Shown here: in pieces, positions 17,429 through 26,062 of the stretch
Position numbering within the stretch: the stretch's first letter is position 1
How the letters are laid out: every line of letters starts with the position of its first letter
Origin: Candidatus Omnitrophota bacterium
GTDB taxonomy: Bacteria; Omnitrophota; Gorgyraeia; Aquiviventales; Aquiviventaceae
Length of the DNA: 49,614 bases
Assembly: GCA_016206675.1 (NCBI GenBank)
Contig: JACQRD010000067.1
Location: 1-49,614, forward strand
Reading direction: 5' to 3'
Position numbers and translations under genes: made by a program
Notes under the pieces: generated by a model
Told to the model about the DNA's origin: nothing
The model's input: the letters and a program-made list of their open reading frames with translations, nothing else
The model's database searches: none

Positions 17429-18308
17429 ATATCCTGTGATTGCCCTCGAAGTTCTCTTCCTCACGGTCTTCTGGCTGTGGGCGTTTTCCGCCGCCCTGTT
17501 TCTCCGCAATACCTGGCTGCCGCGGATGCCCATCACCATCAGCCCGGACGTCTTCGGGCTGCCTGCCGAAACCGTCCGGTTTTCCGCCACCGACGGCCTG
17601 CCGCTTGAGGGCTGGAAAATCGCCGCCGATCCGTCGCAGCCCTGGATCCTGGGCTGCCATGGGGTGGGATCGAACCGCGCCGACCTGCTGGAGATCGCCT
17701 CCGGCCTGCATCAGGCAGGCTTCAATCTTTTCCTGTTCGACTTCCGCGGCCACGGCGGCAGCGCCGGGCGCACCACCTCCTTTGGATTAACCGAGCAGCG
17801 CGATCTGGAAGGCGCGTTGGCCTTCCTGGGCCAGCAGCCGGAGATTCCCGCAACCCCGTATGGCATCTACGGCATTTCCATGGGGGGTGCGGTGGCCTTG
17901 ATGGTGGCGGGGAAGGATGAACGGTTAGGAGCTGTGGCGGTCGACAGCTCGTACACGGACCTGGACGCGTCGCTTGCCATCCACCAGGCGCTGCTCTATC
18001 CCTGGCTGCCACGCCAGCCGTTTCTGTGGTTTATCCGGCTGACCTACAAGCTGCGCTTCGGCATCTGGCCCGCAGCGCTCTCGCCCCAGCACAGTGCCGC
18101 GCGCCTGGGCCGGCGGCCGCTGCTGATCATCGGCGGTGCGGCCGATCCCCGCATGCCAGCCGAAGGCTTACGGCAGATCCAGCAGGCCAGCGGCGCGTCA
18201 GAGCTCTGGCTGATCGACGGCGCCGCCCACCTGGAGGGTTATAGCAGAAACCCCAAAGCCTATTTGAAGCGCCTTGGGGCGTTTTTCTCGGCTGCTTTGG
18301 CCGAATAA
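17421..18308 (+). CDS. alpha/beta hydrolase with N-terminal membrane anchor
   Basis: GTG 17421. Hydrophobic VIALEVLFLTVFWLWAFSAALFL, HGVGSNR, nucleophile elbow GISMGG, C-terminal DGAAH. Confidence 0.75.
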   Translation: MKSYPVIALEVLFLTVFWLWAFSAALFLRNTWLPRMPITISPDVFGLPAETVRFSATDGLPLEGWKIAADPSQPWILGCHGVGSNRADLLEIASGLHQAGFNLFLFDFRGHGGSAGRTTSFGLTEQRDLEGALAFLGQQPEIPATPYGIYGISMGGAVALMVAGKDERLGAVAVDSSYTDLDASLAIHQALLYPWLPRQPFLWFIRLTYKLRFGIWPAALSPQHSAARLGRRPLLIIGGAADPRMPAEGLRQIQQASGASELWLIDGAAHLEGYSRNPKAYLKRLGAFFSAALAE

Positions 18309-18328
18309 GTCTATTTTACAGAATAGAC
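18309..18328. terminator. AT-rich hairpin between convergent genes (possible terminator, mainly for the minus-strand gene)
   Basis: GTCTATT-ttacag-AATAGAC. On the minus strand it is followed by TTATTCGG. No clean U-tract on the plus strand. Confidence 0.35.
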
Positions 18329-18357
18329 CTTATCAGACATTTATTTCAGCCCAATCA

Positions 18358-19194
18358 TCAGTTCCGTAAGGCTGCTTCATCCAACACCGCGCTCATCACT
18401 CCCCATGGCGTGGTCGCCTGCACCAACAGCGGCAGCCGGCGCGCATCCGCCGTCAAATACGCCCAGAGGCGTCCCCGCTTGACCAGCAGCCCTTTGAACC
18501 TGGCCTTGGGTTCCACCACCAAGCATGGAAAGGTGCCGCGCTTGCGCAGCTCCAGGATGGTCGGTTTCAGGATCAGGAGGGTCGTCTCGAAGATCTTCTC
18601 GTCCGAATAGATATTGACGAGCAGCTGCCGGTTGGGCTCAACCGCTTGGGACCGGAACCAATATATCGCGCTGATCAGATCCTGGAACTGTTCCGGCAGC
18701 GGGATTTGTTTTCCCGACTTATTGAGCAAGGAGGTATAGTGGGCCGTCGACGTCTGATGGTTGAAGATGACCACTTCATCCGCGCGGTAGCGGCCCTCCC
18801 GCTGGTGCTTTTCGAACCGCAAGGGCCGAAGGGTTTCGGCGTCCAGGTAGGACTCTATGACGTCGTGGATCGGGTAGAAGGCCGAGAGCACCTCGTTGCT
18901 GTGCCCCTGGACTTCGATGTGGTAGGCTTGGCGGCCCTCGAACTCGATGACACCTTTGACTTCGATCCAGCCGTAACCGACCGGAATGCCGAACCATCGC
19001 CCGTGGAAGCCCAGCCGCTCGCCCACTCGCGGGTGGGCGAGCGGTGGCTCAAGAACAATCGAGCCTACCGTCTGGATGGTAGGCTCGTCAGCCGTGTTGC
19101 GTGCGTCCGCTTCCCCGCCGCCGGCCGCGAGCAGCAGAAGCAGGGCGGCGGCCGTGTTATTCCCACGCGTAATCCGGCATCTCCATCTGTTCAT
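18358..19194 (-). CDS. DUF3108-like secreted protein
   Basis: Signal-like NNTAAALLLLLAAGGGEA, then a beta-rich body (FHGRWFGIPVGYGWIEVKG...) that I recognise only loosely as DUF3108. Start is ATG 19194 or 19245; both overlap the upstream gene end (19157). Confidence 0.5.
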   Translation of the reverse strand: MNRWRCRITRGNNTAAALLLLLAAGGGEADARNTADEPTIQTVGSIVLEPPLAHPRVGERLGFHGRWFGIPVGYGWIEVKGVIEFEGRQAYHIEVQGHSNEVLSAFYPIHDVIESYLDAETLRPLRFEKHQREGRYRADEVVIFNHQTSTAHYTSLLNKSGKQIPLPEQFQDLISAIYWFRSQAVEPNRQLLVNIYSDEKIFETTLLILKPTILELRKRGTFPCLVVEPKARFKGLLVKRGRLWAYLTADARRLPLLVQATTPWGVMSAVLDEAALRN

Positions 19195-19498
19195 ACGGCG
19201 AAGCGAACTGCCTCGGGTACGGGATGGGAAAGGTCGCCGCTTCATAGGCGCCCACGCCCGCCCGCAACACCGTCAGTCCCAGCCCTTTGGCCAGCCCCAT
19301 GCCGACACCGACCACCGGATTGTCCTCTTGGCTGCCAAGATGCAGTTGCTTCGGCAGCTCAATCCATCCGGTGAGCACGTTGACAACCCCGCGGCCCATC
19401 TTATGAATGGGATCCTGGGCCCAAACGCATGGCGCGCCGGCCGCGCAGCAGCCGGCAGCCGCCAGCATGATGAGGATGAAGCGGCGTGCAACAGTCAT
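19157..19498 (-). CDS. small secreted protein, paralog 1 (resembles the exosortase-associated TIGR04073 family as I recall it)
   Basis: ATG 19498 is preceded by GGGAGGG. Signal peptide MTVARRFILIMLAAAGCCAAGAPCVWA. Shares KMGRGVVNV...ELP...G.G...R.G.GAYE..TF with the ORF at 19893-20264. Confidence 0.65.
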   Translation of the reverse strand: MTVARRFILIMLAAAGCCAAGAPCVWAQDPIHKMGRGVVNVLTGWIELPKQLHLGSQEDNPVVGVGMGLAKGLGLTVLRAGVGAYEAATFPIPYPRQFASPYEQMEMPDYAWE

Positions 19499-19540
19499 TG
19501 AGCGTTCCCTCCCGCGCATTCTATCGACTCGCTTCTCTCG

Positions 19541-19569
19541 GTGTCAATCCGCTCGGCATGGGGTATACT
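19541..19569 (+). promoter_or_regulatory. candidate sigma-70 promoter (GTGTCA - 17 nt - TATACT)
   Basis: -10 TATACT at 19564-19569 (5/6 to consensus) and -35 GTGTCA at 19541-19546 (4/6), lying upstream of AAGGAG 19583-19588 and ATG 19595. Confidence 0.35.
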
Positions 19570-19594
19570 AGGGAATCAGAACAAGGAGATGCCG

Positions 19595-19876
19595 ATGCCA
19601 CTGACCAAGAAGGATCGCAGCTTCCTCGAAGCCGTCGAGCGGATGAAAGTCTTGCTGCTGTTGCTGGCGGCCGCGGTCTTTCTCTACCTCCTGCTGACGC
19701 CCTCCAGCGAAATTCAGGCCGCCACCTCCGTCATCGGGCTTGCACTCTGCGGCGTCTTTTGGCTGACCCAGCGGCTGCTCTTCTTCGTCACCCAGTTGGA
19801 CCATGAACTGACCCGCATCGTCAACGCCCTGCGCCGCACGCTGCCCGACGAGCAGCAGCGGGAATTGCTGCGCTAA
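19595..19876 (+). CDS. small two-TM membrane protein, hypothetical
   Basis: ATG 19595 lies 6 nt after AAGGAG. Two hydrophobic stretches (VLLLLLAAAVFLYLLL, VIGLALCGVFWL). No recognisable family. Confidence 0.45.
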   Translation: MPLTKKDRSFLEAVERMKVLLLLLAAAVFLYLLLTPSSEIQAATSVIGLALCGVFWLTQRLLFFVTQLDHELTRIVNALRRTLPDEQQRELLR

Positions 19877-19877
19877 T

Positions 19878-19892
19878 CGCCTCGGCGAGGCG
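19878..19892. terminator. short GC hairpin filling the 16-nt gap between convergent stop codons
   Basis: CGCCTC-ggc-GAGGCG between TAA 19874-19876 and the minus-strand TAG at 19893-19895. No U-tract. Confidence 0.3.
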
Positions 19893-20264
19893 CTATTCCG
19901 CCCAGCTCCCCGACGCCCAGACGAATTCCGGTTTCACCAGCGGCTCAAAGCCCTTCGGAATTTCGGCGTAAAAGCTCGCCACCTCAAAGACGCCGGTCAC
20001 CCCGCGCACCAGCATCATCCACACCCCTTGCACGATCCCAACACTCAGCTCGGCGATCAGGCCATCCCGCCGGCCGACCAACAGTGGCGTGCGGACCAGC
20101 TCCGCCGGACACGTGGCGACATTCGCAATGCCGCGCCCCAGCTTCCTCAGCGACCCGCTGACGTAGGGAGCGTTGACCGGCTCACCAGCCCAGGCCGGCA
20201 CCACCGCCCCAAGTATGCCGAGCGCCGCGACACAGACAACAACCATCCCCCTACCCTTCAACAT
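19893..20264 (-). CDS. small secreted protein, paralog 2 of 19157-19498
   Basis: ATG 20264 is preceded by GGAG. Signal peptide MLKGRGMVVVCVAALGILGAVVPAWA. KLGRGIANV...AELV...G.V.G...RG.TGVFE..SF parallels paralog 1. Confidence 0.65.
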   Translation of the reverse strand: MLKGRGMVVVCVAALGILGAVVPAWAGEPVNAPYVSGSLRKLGRGIANVATCPAELVRTPLLVGRRDGLIAELSVGIVQGVWMMLVRGVTGVFEVASFYAEIPKGFEPLVKPEFVWASGSWAE

Positions 20265-21105
20265 GACGCGCTTCTCCTCTCTTGGACTTTGCGGTCCACC
20301 ACCAAATCACCATTCCGATTACCGCCAGGGCGATCCAGGCTGAGAGGCCGTTGACCAGCCGGCTGGTGCCCACTAACCACGACATCGACCCGTCAGAAAA
20401 CGCGATCACCAGCTTATTCACCCTCGCCCCATACGCCAGCGAGGCGTGCAGGCCGATGCCGAGCCACAGCTGCCCGGTCATCAGGTAGCTGACGGCGAGC
20501 ACACCGCCGAACAGAAACAATCCCGCCAGCTCCATCCAGCTCTCTGTGGTGAACGTCGTCTGCTTGAGGTGCACGAGGGCGTAGAGCGCGCTGCTGGCGG
20601 CGACCCCAAACCCCTTGGAAACCACCAGCAGATTCTGCAGGATCATGCCCCGGAAGACCATCTCTTCAATCACGCTGACGAGCAGCGCCGCTGGAATAAA
20701 GCCGATCAGCGTGCGCCACAGCTTCCCGGCGTCCGGATACACATCGACCTGGCACGCCCCGCTGAGCAGCCCTACCGCCAGCATGATTCCCAGGCCGATG
20801 AGCCCTAAAACCGCTCCGCCAGCCAGGTGTCCTCTGCCCTTTCCGACGTGCACCAGGCCGTAGGACGCCAGCGAACGCCGGTCAAACTTGCTCAGGCATA
20901 CCCAGAGGCTCAAGACCGCCGCAACGCAGACGCAGCGCCGGACGACCTGAAGCCAAGGCTGATGGATCAGCGGCGTGATCACGAGGCTCAGCAGGAGGCT
21001 GAGCAGCACGGTGCAGAGCCCAAATCGGAGGACCGATCCCCATGCCTGGGGCGCTCCTGCCCGCACGACCCGGCAGGAAGCAGCGTTCACTAACAGGGTG
21101 TCCAC
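20251..21105 (-). CDS. CPBP family intramembrane glutamic endopeptidase
   Basis: Multi-TM protein with EEMVFRG (EExxxR) and the downstream LYALVHL (FxxxH-type) motif. Confidence 0.8.
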   Translation of the reverse strand: MDTLLVNAASCRVVRAGAPQAWGSVLRFGLCTVLLSLLLSLVITPLIHQPWLQVVRRCVCVAAVLSLWVCLSKFDRRSLASYGLVHVGKGRGHLAGGAVLGLIGLGIMLAVGLLSGACQVDVYPDAGKLWRTLIGFIPAALLVSVIEEMVFRGMILQNLLVVSKGFGVAASSALYALVHLKQTTFTTESWMELAGLFLFGGVLAVSYLMTGQLWLGIGLHASLAYGARVNKLVIAFSDGSMSWLVGTSRLVNGLSAWIALAVIGMVIWWWTAKSKRGEARHVEG

Positions 21106-21111
21106 GGCGGA

Positions 21112-22218
21112 CTAACGGTCGCTGGTTCCGTCGATAAAGGCTTCAATGAGCTGGCGCGCTTGCTCATCCGGCATCGGCTTCGGGGGGTGTTTCATCGTCC
21201 AGGCCGAGATCGAGTACAGCGGCCCACGCAACCGCCGGTCCCTCGCCAGCCGCAGGCACCGGATGGCATCGATCGTCACCCCGGCGCTGTTCGGCGAGTC
21301 CTCAACGGAGAGCCGCGCCTCGATCTCAATCGGGCAGTCGCCGAAGCCGCGCCCCTCGATGCGCAAGAAACAGACCTTCCGGTCGCGCTGCCACGGCACG
21401 TAGTCGCTCGGGCCGATGTGGATCTCCGAGGTGTTCAGGGGCGTCTTCAACACCGTCTGCACCGCCTCAGTTTTCGAAATCTTCTTCATCTTCAGGCGGC
21501 TCTGGTTGAGCATATTGAGAAAATCCGTATTGCCGCCCACGTTGAGCTGGTAGGTGCGGTCGATGACGGCCCCGCGCTCCATGAACAGCCGGGCGAGCGT
21601 GCGGTGCAGGATCGTCGCCCCCACCTGCCCTTTGACGTCGTCTCCGACGACCGGAATGCCCCGCTTCGCGAAGCGAGCCACCCATACGGGGTTCGAGACG
21701 ATGAAGACCGGGATGCAGTTGATCAGGCTCACGCCGGCCTCGAGGCAGGCGTGGACGTACGCTTCAGTCGCCTTCTGGGAGCCCACCGGCAGGTAATTCA
21801 GCAGGATTTCTGTCCCGCTTTGCTTGAGGGCTTTGGCGAGATTGACGGGCTGCGCCCTGGCCACCACGAACGTGCGTTCGCTAGGGTAGCGGCGCATATG
21901 GGGGGCCACCCCATCGAGCACCGGGCCCATCTGGACGCGCACGCGATACGCGGGAAGGCGCTTCAAGAACTGCGTGGTGCAATTCGGCTCAGCGGCGCAG
22001 GCCGCTTCAAGCGACCGGCCCACTTTGCGGGCATCGACGTCGAAGGCCGCCACCACCTTGATGTCCGAGGGGTAGTAGCCGCCCACCACCGGATGGAGCA
22101 GCCCATCGGCGCCGTGCCCGTTGCGCCGCTGATGAAGCGGGCCGTAGTACTCCAATCCCTGCAACAAGGCGCTGGCACAATTGCCCACCCCGGCGATCGC
22201 AATACGGATCGGTGTCAT
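21112..22218 (-). CDS. inositol-3-phosphate synthase (myo-inositol-1-phosphate synthase, short prokaryotic type)
   Basis: 368 aa. N-terminal IRIAIAGVGNCASALLQGLEYY, LNVGGNTDFLN, and a length typical of the bacterial/archaeal enzyme. Confidence 0.82.
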   Translation of the reverse strand: MTPIRIAIAGVGNCASALLQGLEYYGPLHQRRNGHGADGLLHPVVGGYYPSDIKVVAAFDVDARKVGRSLEAACAAEPNCTTQFLKRLPAYRVRVQMGPVLDGVAPHMRRYPSERTFVVARAQPVNLAKALKQSGTEILLNYLPVGSQKATEAYVHACLEAGVSLINCIPVFIVSNPVWVARFAKRGIPVVGDDVKGQVGATILHRTLARLFMERGAVIDRTYQLNVGGNTDFLNMLNQSRLKMKKISKTEAVQTVLKTPLNTSEIHIGPSDYVPWQRDRKVCFLRIEGRGFGDCPIEIEARLSVEDSPNSAGVTIDAIRCLRLARDRRLRGPLYSISAWTMKHPPKPMPDEQARQLIEAFIDGTSDR

Positions 22219-22229
22219 CGTGATAGCTG

Positions 22230-22258
22230 ATTATACGGGCCTTCCGTCGGTAAATCAA
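22230..22258 (-). promoter_or_regulatory. candidate sigma-70 promoter TTGATT - 17 nt - TATAAT, 11 nt upstream of the ATG
   Basis: The minus strand reads cTTGATTtaccgacggaaggcccgTATAATcagctatcacgATG. Perfect -10, 4/6 -35, and no Shine-Dalgarno before ATG 22218. Confidence 0.45.
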
Positions 22259-22265
22259 GTCAGGA

Positions 22266-22378
22266 GGGCGGCTGTGGCCGCGGGCCGTTCCCTCGGGGAA
22301 CCCTCCCTCTCCCCGCCACGCAACGAGGGCGTCTCCGGGCCTCCCTCTCGGGAACGTCTCCGCGTCCATCCGCCCCCC
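22266..22378 (-). repeat. 111-nt GC-rich palindromic element, copy B
   Basis: The reverse complement aligns to 4870-4980 with about 8 differences. Lies between the GH57 stop (22392) and the ino1-like start (22218). Confidence 0.85.
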
Positions 22379-22391
22379 GAGGGATCGTCCG

Positions 22392-24518
22392 TCAGACCGG
22401 CCAGAGGCGGCTTTCCAGCTCCTGCAGGGAGGCCACAAGCGCAAAACTGCCCTGGGTCGGATACTGCTCCAACACCTCCCCGTGGCTGATCAGCCTCAGC
22501 GTAACGTGCAGCCATGCCTGCGCGGTCGGACGCAGCAGATGCAGCGGGGCTTGCAGCTCGATCACCCGGTCAAAGGCGCATGGGACTTCCGCCTCCCCCA
22601 GCCGGGCCGTGAGCCGTCCGCTCTCGTACGTCGCCTGCAGCCGCACGGCCGTGGAAAACTCGAACTCCAGCGTCCAGGAGGCCAGCTGCGTGCGCAACGA
22701 TGGATCAACATCCACGCGCAGATACAGGGCGTCAGCATTCAGCCCGTACAAGAGCCCCTGAAGATGTTGGGTGCCGCGGTGGATGGCGGCGTACTGCTGC
22801 CTGAGATCCACCCGCCCCGCGTAGAGCCACTCGTAGTAGGAGGTTTCCCGCCCGTCAATGACCGGCTCAATCGGACCGGTCGGCTCATACAGCGGCTGCA
22901 CCAGATAGCGGCGGATCGGCCGGCTCAGCTCCTCCGGCGGCTTCAGCCCTGCGAAATGATAGGCATTCTCCAGATGCGTCCTGAACAGCCGGTCGAACTC
23001 CTCCGCCTGGGCGGTGAAATGGGTATCGCCGAACCACCACATCCAATCGCTGCCCTCGGCGGCGCCGAAGCTATCCCACGCTTTGGCGTACGCCGAATCC
23101 TCCCTGCTCTTTGCCGCCAGCGCCTCTCGGACCGCCCCCAACTGCAGCCATGCCGCATTTTTCTCTTCATGGCCGACCCAGGTGGCGAAATTGCCGTCGA
23201 TCCATGAACCGCTGAAAAGCGGCGGCAGTGAGGGCTCACCCGCTGGAAACTGCTTAAGAAATTCGCTCACCGTGACGCAATGAAACCGCCCATCGGCGGC
23301 CAGCGCCTCATAGAGACGCGTGAGAAACTCGTGGCCGTCCTCCGCGTAGAACTCCCAGGCGTTCTCCCCGTCAAGAATGATGCTGACCAACCATGGCTGC
23401 TGGGCGTTGCGCGCCTGCTTATAAATTACCTCGAGGCGTTTCAGAAAATCAGCAACGGCCGAGGGAGCTTCCCATTGACTATAGACAAAGCCGATCAGAT
23501 CAGAGAGCTCCCGATCGCGAAACACGATGGAGAGATTGTCTGTCTGGCGCTTCAGGAGATGGGGGCGATACAGCAGTGACGCGTCTCGAGATGTCTTGAG
23601 AGTGCGCCAGAGGATCGCCTCATCGGTGGCGATCCAGCGCACCCCGGCCTCAATGGCGAGCCCGACCACCTCCTCGCTCACACTGCCTTCCGGCGGCCAC
23701 ATCCCGCGGGCCGTCCTGCCGAAAGCCTGCTCGTGGCGGCGCAACCCCTGCTGCAACTGCCAGCGCGCGTCCTCCGGATGCCGAAACGCCACCTCAGGCA
23801 GCGGCAGCGACGGCAGGGCCACCCGTCCCGCATTGGTGTCGCAGACCAGCGGCAGAATGGGATGGTAGTAGGGCGAGGTGGTGAGCTCGATCTGGCCGCG
23901 CTCTGCCGCCTGTCGATAGGCCGGGATCACCTGGCTCAGGAGAGCGAGGTGCGCGGCCAGCACCGCCTCCTTCTCCTCTTCGGTGAAGTGGGCGCCTTTG
24001 GCCTCCAGCTTGGCCAGCCCCGCGTCCTGGCGGCGCAGCCAGGGGTCGATCCAGGCCAGGTTGAACCACACCTGCAGATCGCGGAAGTCTGCCGGCTTAA
24101 AGCGCCTCAGCACCGCGGGCCACTCCCCTTCCCGCACCTGATGGCCCCGCTTGGCGAGCAGATCATGGTAGCGCGGGTAGGGGCGGATCATCCGCTCGTG
24201 ATGCGCCAGAAAAAACCACTGGAGGATGAACTTCTGCTCCTCAGCCGTCAACTCTTCAGCCTTCTTTCTGGAGAGCTCCAGGAAACGATCGCTGTGGTTC
24301 TTCGGCGGCAGGTACTCCTCGAGCTGATCCAACAGCGATGGTACGACGTTGAAGGTCTGATGGATGGCCGGGAAGCCTTCAAGGCGCTTGACCATGTCCA
24401 GATAGTCCTTCGTGGCGTGCAGCCGCGCCCAAGGCATGGAGCACTCGCCCGTGCGCAGATTGCGGTAATAGGGCTGGTGCATGTGCCAGATGAAAGATAC
24501 ATAGAGTGGATGAGGCAT
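22392..24518 (-). CDS. glycoside hydrolase family 57 protein (alpha-amylase / glucanotransferase-like)
   Basis: 708 aa. N-terminal LYVSFIWHMHQPYYRN, typical of GH57, and a large C-terminal region. Confidence 0.85.
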   Translation of the reverse strand: MPHPLYVSFIWHMHQPYYRNLRTGECSMPWARLHATKDYLDMVKRLEGFPAIHQTFNVVPSLLDQLEEYLPPKNHSDRFLELSRKKAEELTAEEQKFILQWFFLAHHERMIRPYPRYHDLLAKRGHQVREGEWPAVLRRFKPADFRDLQVWFNLAWIDPWLRRQDAGLAKLEAKGAHFTEEEKEAVLAAHLALLSQVIPAYRQAAERGQIELTTSPYYHPILPLVCDTNAGRVALPSLPLPEVAFRHPEDARWQLQQGLRRHEQAFGRTARGMWPPEGSVSEEVVGLAIEAGVRWIATDEAILWRTLKTSRDASLLYRPHLLKRQTDNLSIVFRDRELSDLIGFVYSQWEAPSAVADFLKRLEVIYKQARNAQQPWLVSIILDGENAWEFYAEDGHEFLTRLYEALAADGRFHCVTVSEFLKQFPAGEPSLPPLFSGSWIDGNFATWVGHEEKNAAWLQLGAVREALAAKSREDSAYAKAWDSFGAAEGSDWMWWFGDTHFTAQAEEFDRLFRTHLENAYHFAGLKPPEELSRPIRRYLVQPLYEPTGPIEPVIDGRETSYYEWLYAGRVDLRQQYAAIHRGTQHLQGLLYGLNADALYLRVDVDPSLRTQLASWTLEFEFSTAVRLQATYESGRLTARLGEAEVPCAFDRVIELQAPLHLLRPTAQAWLHVTLRLISHGEVLEQYPTQGSFALVASLQELESRLWPV

Positions 24519-24520
24519 TA

Positions 24521-24553
24521 GTGACAGGTGACAGGTGACATGTGTCAGGTCAA
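24521..24553. repeat. tandem heptamers GTGACAG x3 followed by degenerate or inverted units
   Basis: GTGACAG GTGACAG GTGACAT GTGTCAG GTCAA, ending 2 nt from the GH57 start codon. Confidence 0.7.
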
Positions 24554-24560
24554 GACATTA

Positions 24561-24598
24561 ACAAAACAGCCCCCTGGCTCTTGCGAACCAGGGGGCTG
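24561..24598 (-). terminator. rho-independent terminator of the porin-like gene
   Basis: The minus strand reads CAGCCCCCTGG-ttcgcaagag-CCAGGGGGCTG followed by TTTTGT, 19 nt after the stop at 24617. Confidence 0.75.
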
Positions 24599-24616
24599 GG
24601 AAATCACGAACCAAAC

Positions 24617-26062
24617 TTAGAACTTCACGCCAACCGTCGTGACAAGCTCCTGCGCCACGGCGTCATACGGCTTTCGGAACACATTCCCAGGGAAGAAGAC
24701 CCCGTGAATCACACCGAAGGTGACATCCGGCGTATAGTGGTAGGTCACGATCGTGTCCCACTCGGTTCCGAGGAAGCTCTTTCGCTTAGACTGGGTGGTT
24801 CCATCCAGCGCGCGCGGCCGTAAGCCGTCGTCCGCAATGAACCATGTCAAGCGCGGAGCCACCTCAAGATCTTCGGTCGGCTTGACGCTCCCGTACACGG
24901 ACAACTGGTGCTGGTTTGTGACCGATGGTGTACAGACGTTACCAGCACCTGTCGTACACGCCTGGTCGACCGGATAGAATGCCCCGGCTTGAAACTCACG
25001 CAGCGCGGTGGTGAAATAGCCGCGAGCGATCGGGTCCCACCCCGTGACCGCGCCATCGACATCTTTGCCGGTCCAGAAGATCCACTCGGCACCCAGCTTC
25101 GGCGTCATCGCCACGTCCTTGGCGGTGTACTCAACCCCAAAGTCACCTGCCCATGCTTGGTGGCGGTCGCCGGTCGCAAGGCCGGTGTAGTTTGTTCCAT
25201 CACGAGCGCGAACACCGAACTGGTAGGCCAGTTCTCCGTACAGATAGACTCCCTCAACCGGTGCGGCACTGCCACGAACGCCCAGCGTGCTGACATTGGC
25301 GTGCTGAACAGCCAAGTTAGCAGCCGGTGTATTGCTGCGGTCGCGCTTGTTCAAGAAATATGTTTCAATTTCAGCGTTGGCCGCATCAAACCGTGTACCG
25401 AGGTTGACACCGGTGAGGTCGTTGTCATCCGCAATTCCAACCGTATTTTCCTCTAGCTTGATATAGACGGCATCAACGGTCAATGGCAAGTCGACAGCCG
25501 CCGCGCCTTGGAAATCCAACGTCAATCGCGCGCCATCGAACGCCGTAAAATCAGTAAACTCATCAGCGGCGAGGGAACCCAACAGTTCACCGATGAGTCC
25601 GGCATGCGGAATTAATGAACTCCCCAGCACAAAGCCTCGGCCCCACACGATGGGTTGACGACCGAGGGTCACCGTCAAGGGAGAAAAGAACAAATCTTTC
25701 AGCTTCACCCAGGCTTGACTGACAGCAAAATCGTTGTTGTCACTATTGGTTTGGTAATCCCCAAGAACTAACTCGTTGGCCAGCCGAATGCCTGCCGACA
25801 CGTTGTCGGTCATATCCGCGTTGATGTTCAGACCTGTCGTCGTCTGAATAAACCGGTCGTGGTCATCCAGATCAGACGGCTGAGTATCACTGATGTCATT
25901 GCCATCCCGCAAGTCGAGGTTGCTCCGGATGAAGGCGCGGGTTGTGATGTCACCCCCCACCCGGACGTTCTGCGTCTCTGCAAAGCTGGGCATCGCTGTG
26001 GCCGCCATGCCCATGGCGAGCAATGCCAGAAGGACTGCGCTTCGGAGCGTAGCCTTCCCCAT
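24617..26062 (-). CDS. outer-membrane beta-barrel (porin-like) protein
   Basis: ATG 26062 lies 7 nt after AAGGAGG. Signal peptide MGKATLRSAVLLALLAMGMAATAMPSFA. Alternating beta-strand pattern, aromatic-rich, C-terminal ...TVGVKF. Confidence 0.6.
   Translation of the reverse strand: MGKATLRSAVLLALLAMGMAATAMPSFAETQNVRVGGDITTRAFIRSNLDLRDGNDISDTQPSDLDDHDRFIQTTTGLNINADMTDNVSAGIRLANELVLGDYQTNSDNNDFAVSQAWVKLKDLFFSPLTVTLGRQPIVWGRGFVLGSSLIPHAGLIGELLGSLAADEFTDFTAFDGARLTLDFQGAAAVDLPLTVDAVYIKLEENTVGIADDNDLTGVNLGTRFDAANAEIETYFLNKRDRSNTPAANLAVQHANVSTLGVRGSAAPVEGVYLYGELAYQFGVRARDGTNYTGLATGDRHQAWAGDFGVEYTAKDVAMTPKLGAEWIFWTGKDVDGAVTGWDPIARGYFTTALREFQAGAFYPVDQACTTGAGNVCTPSVTNQHQLSVYGSVKPTEDLEVAPRLTWFIADDGLRPRALDGTTQSKRKSFLGTEWDTIVTYHYTPDVTFGVIHGVFFPGNVFRKPYDAVAQELVTTVGVKF

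Noticed and set aside
24548-24553. TTGACC (minus strand) considered as the -35 of a GH57 promoter.
   Set aside because: No acceptable -10 hexamer lies 16-19 nt downstream. The downstream sequence is only the GTCACCT repeat.
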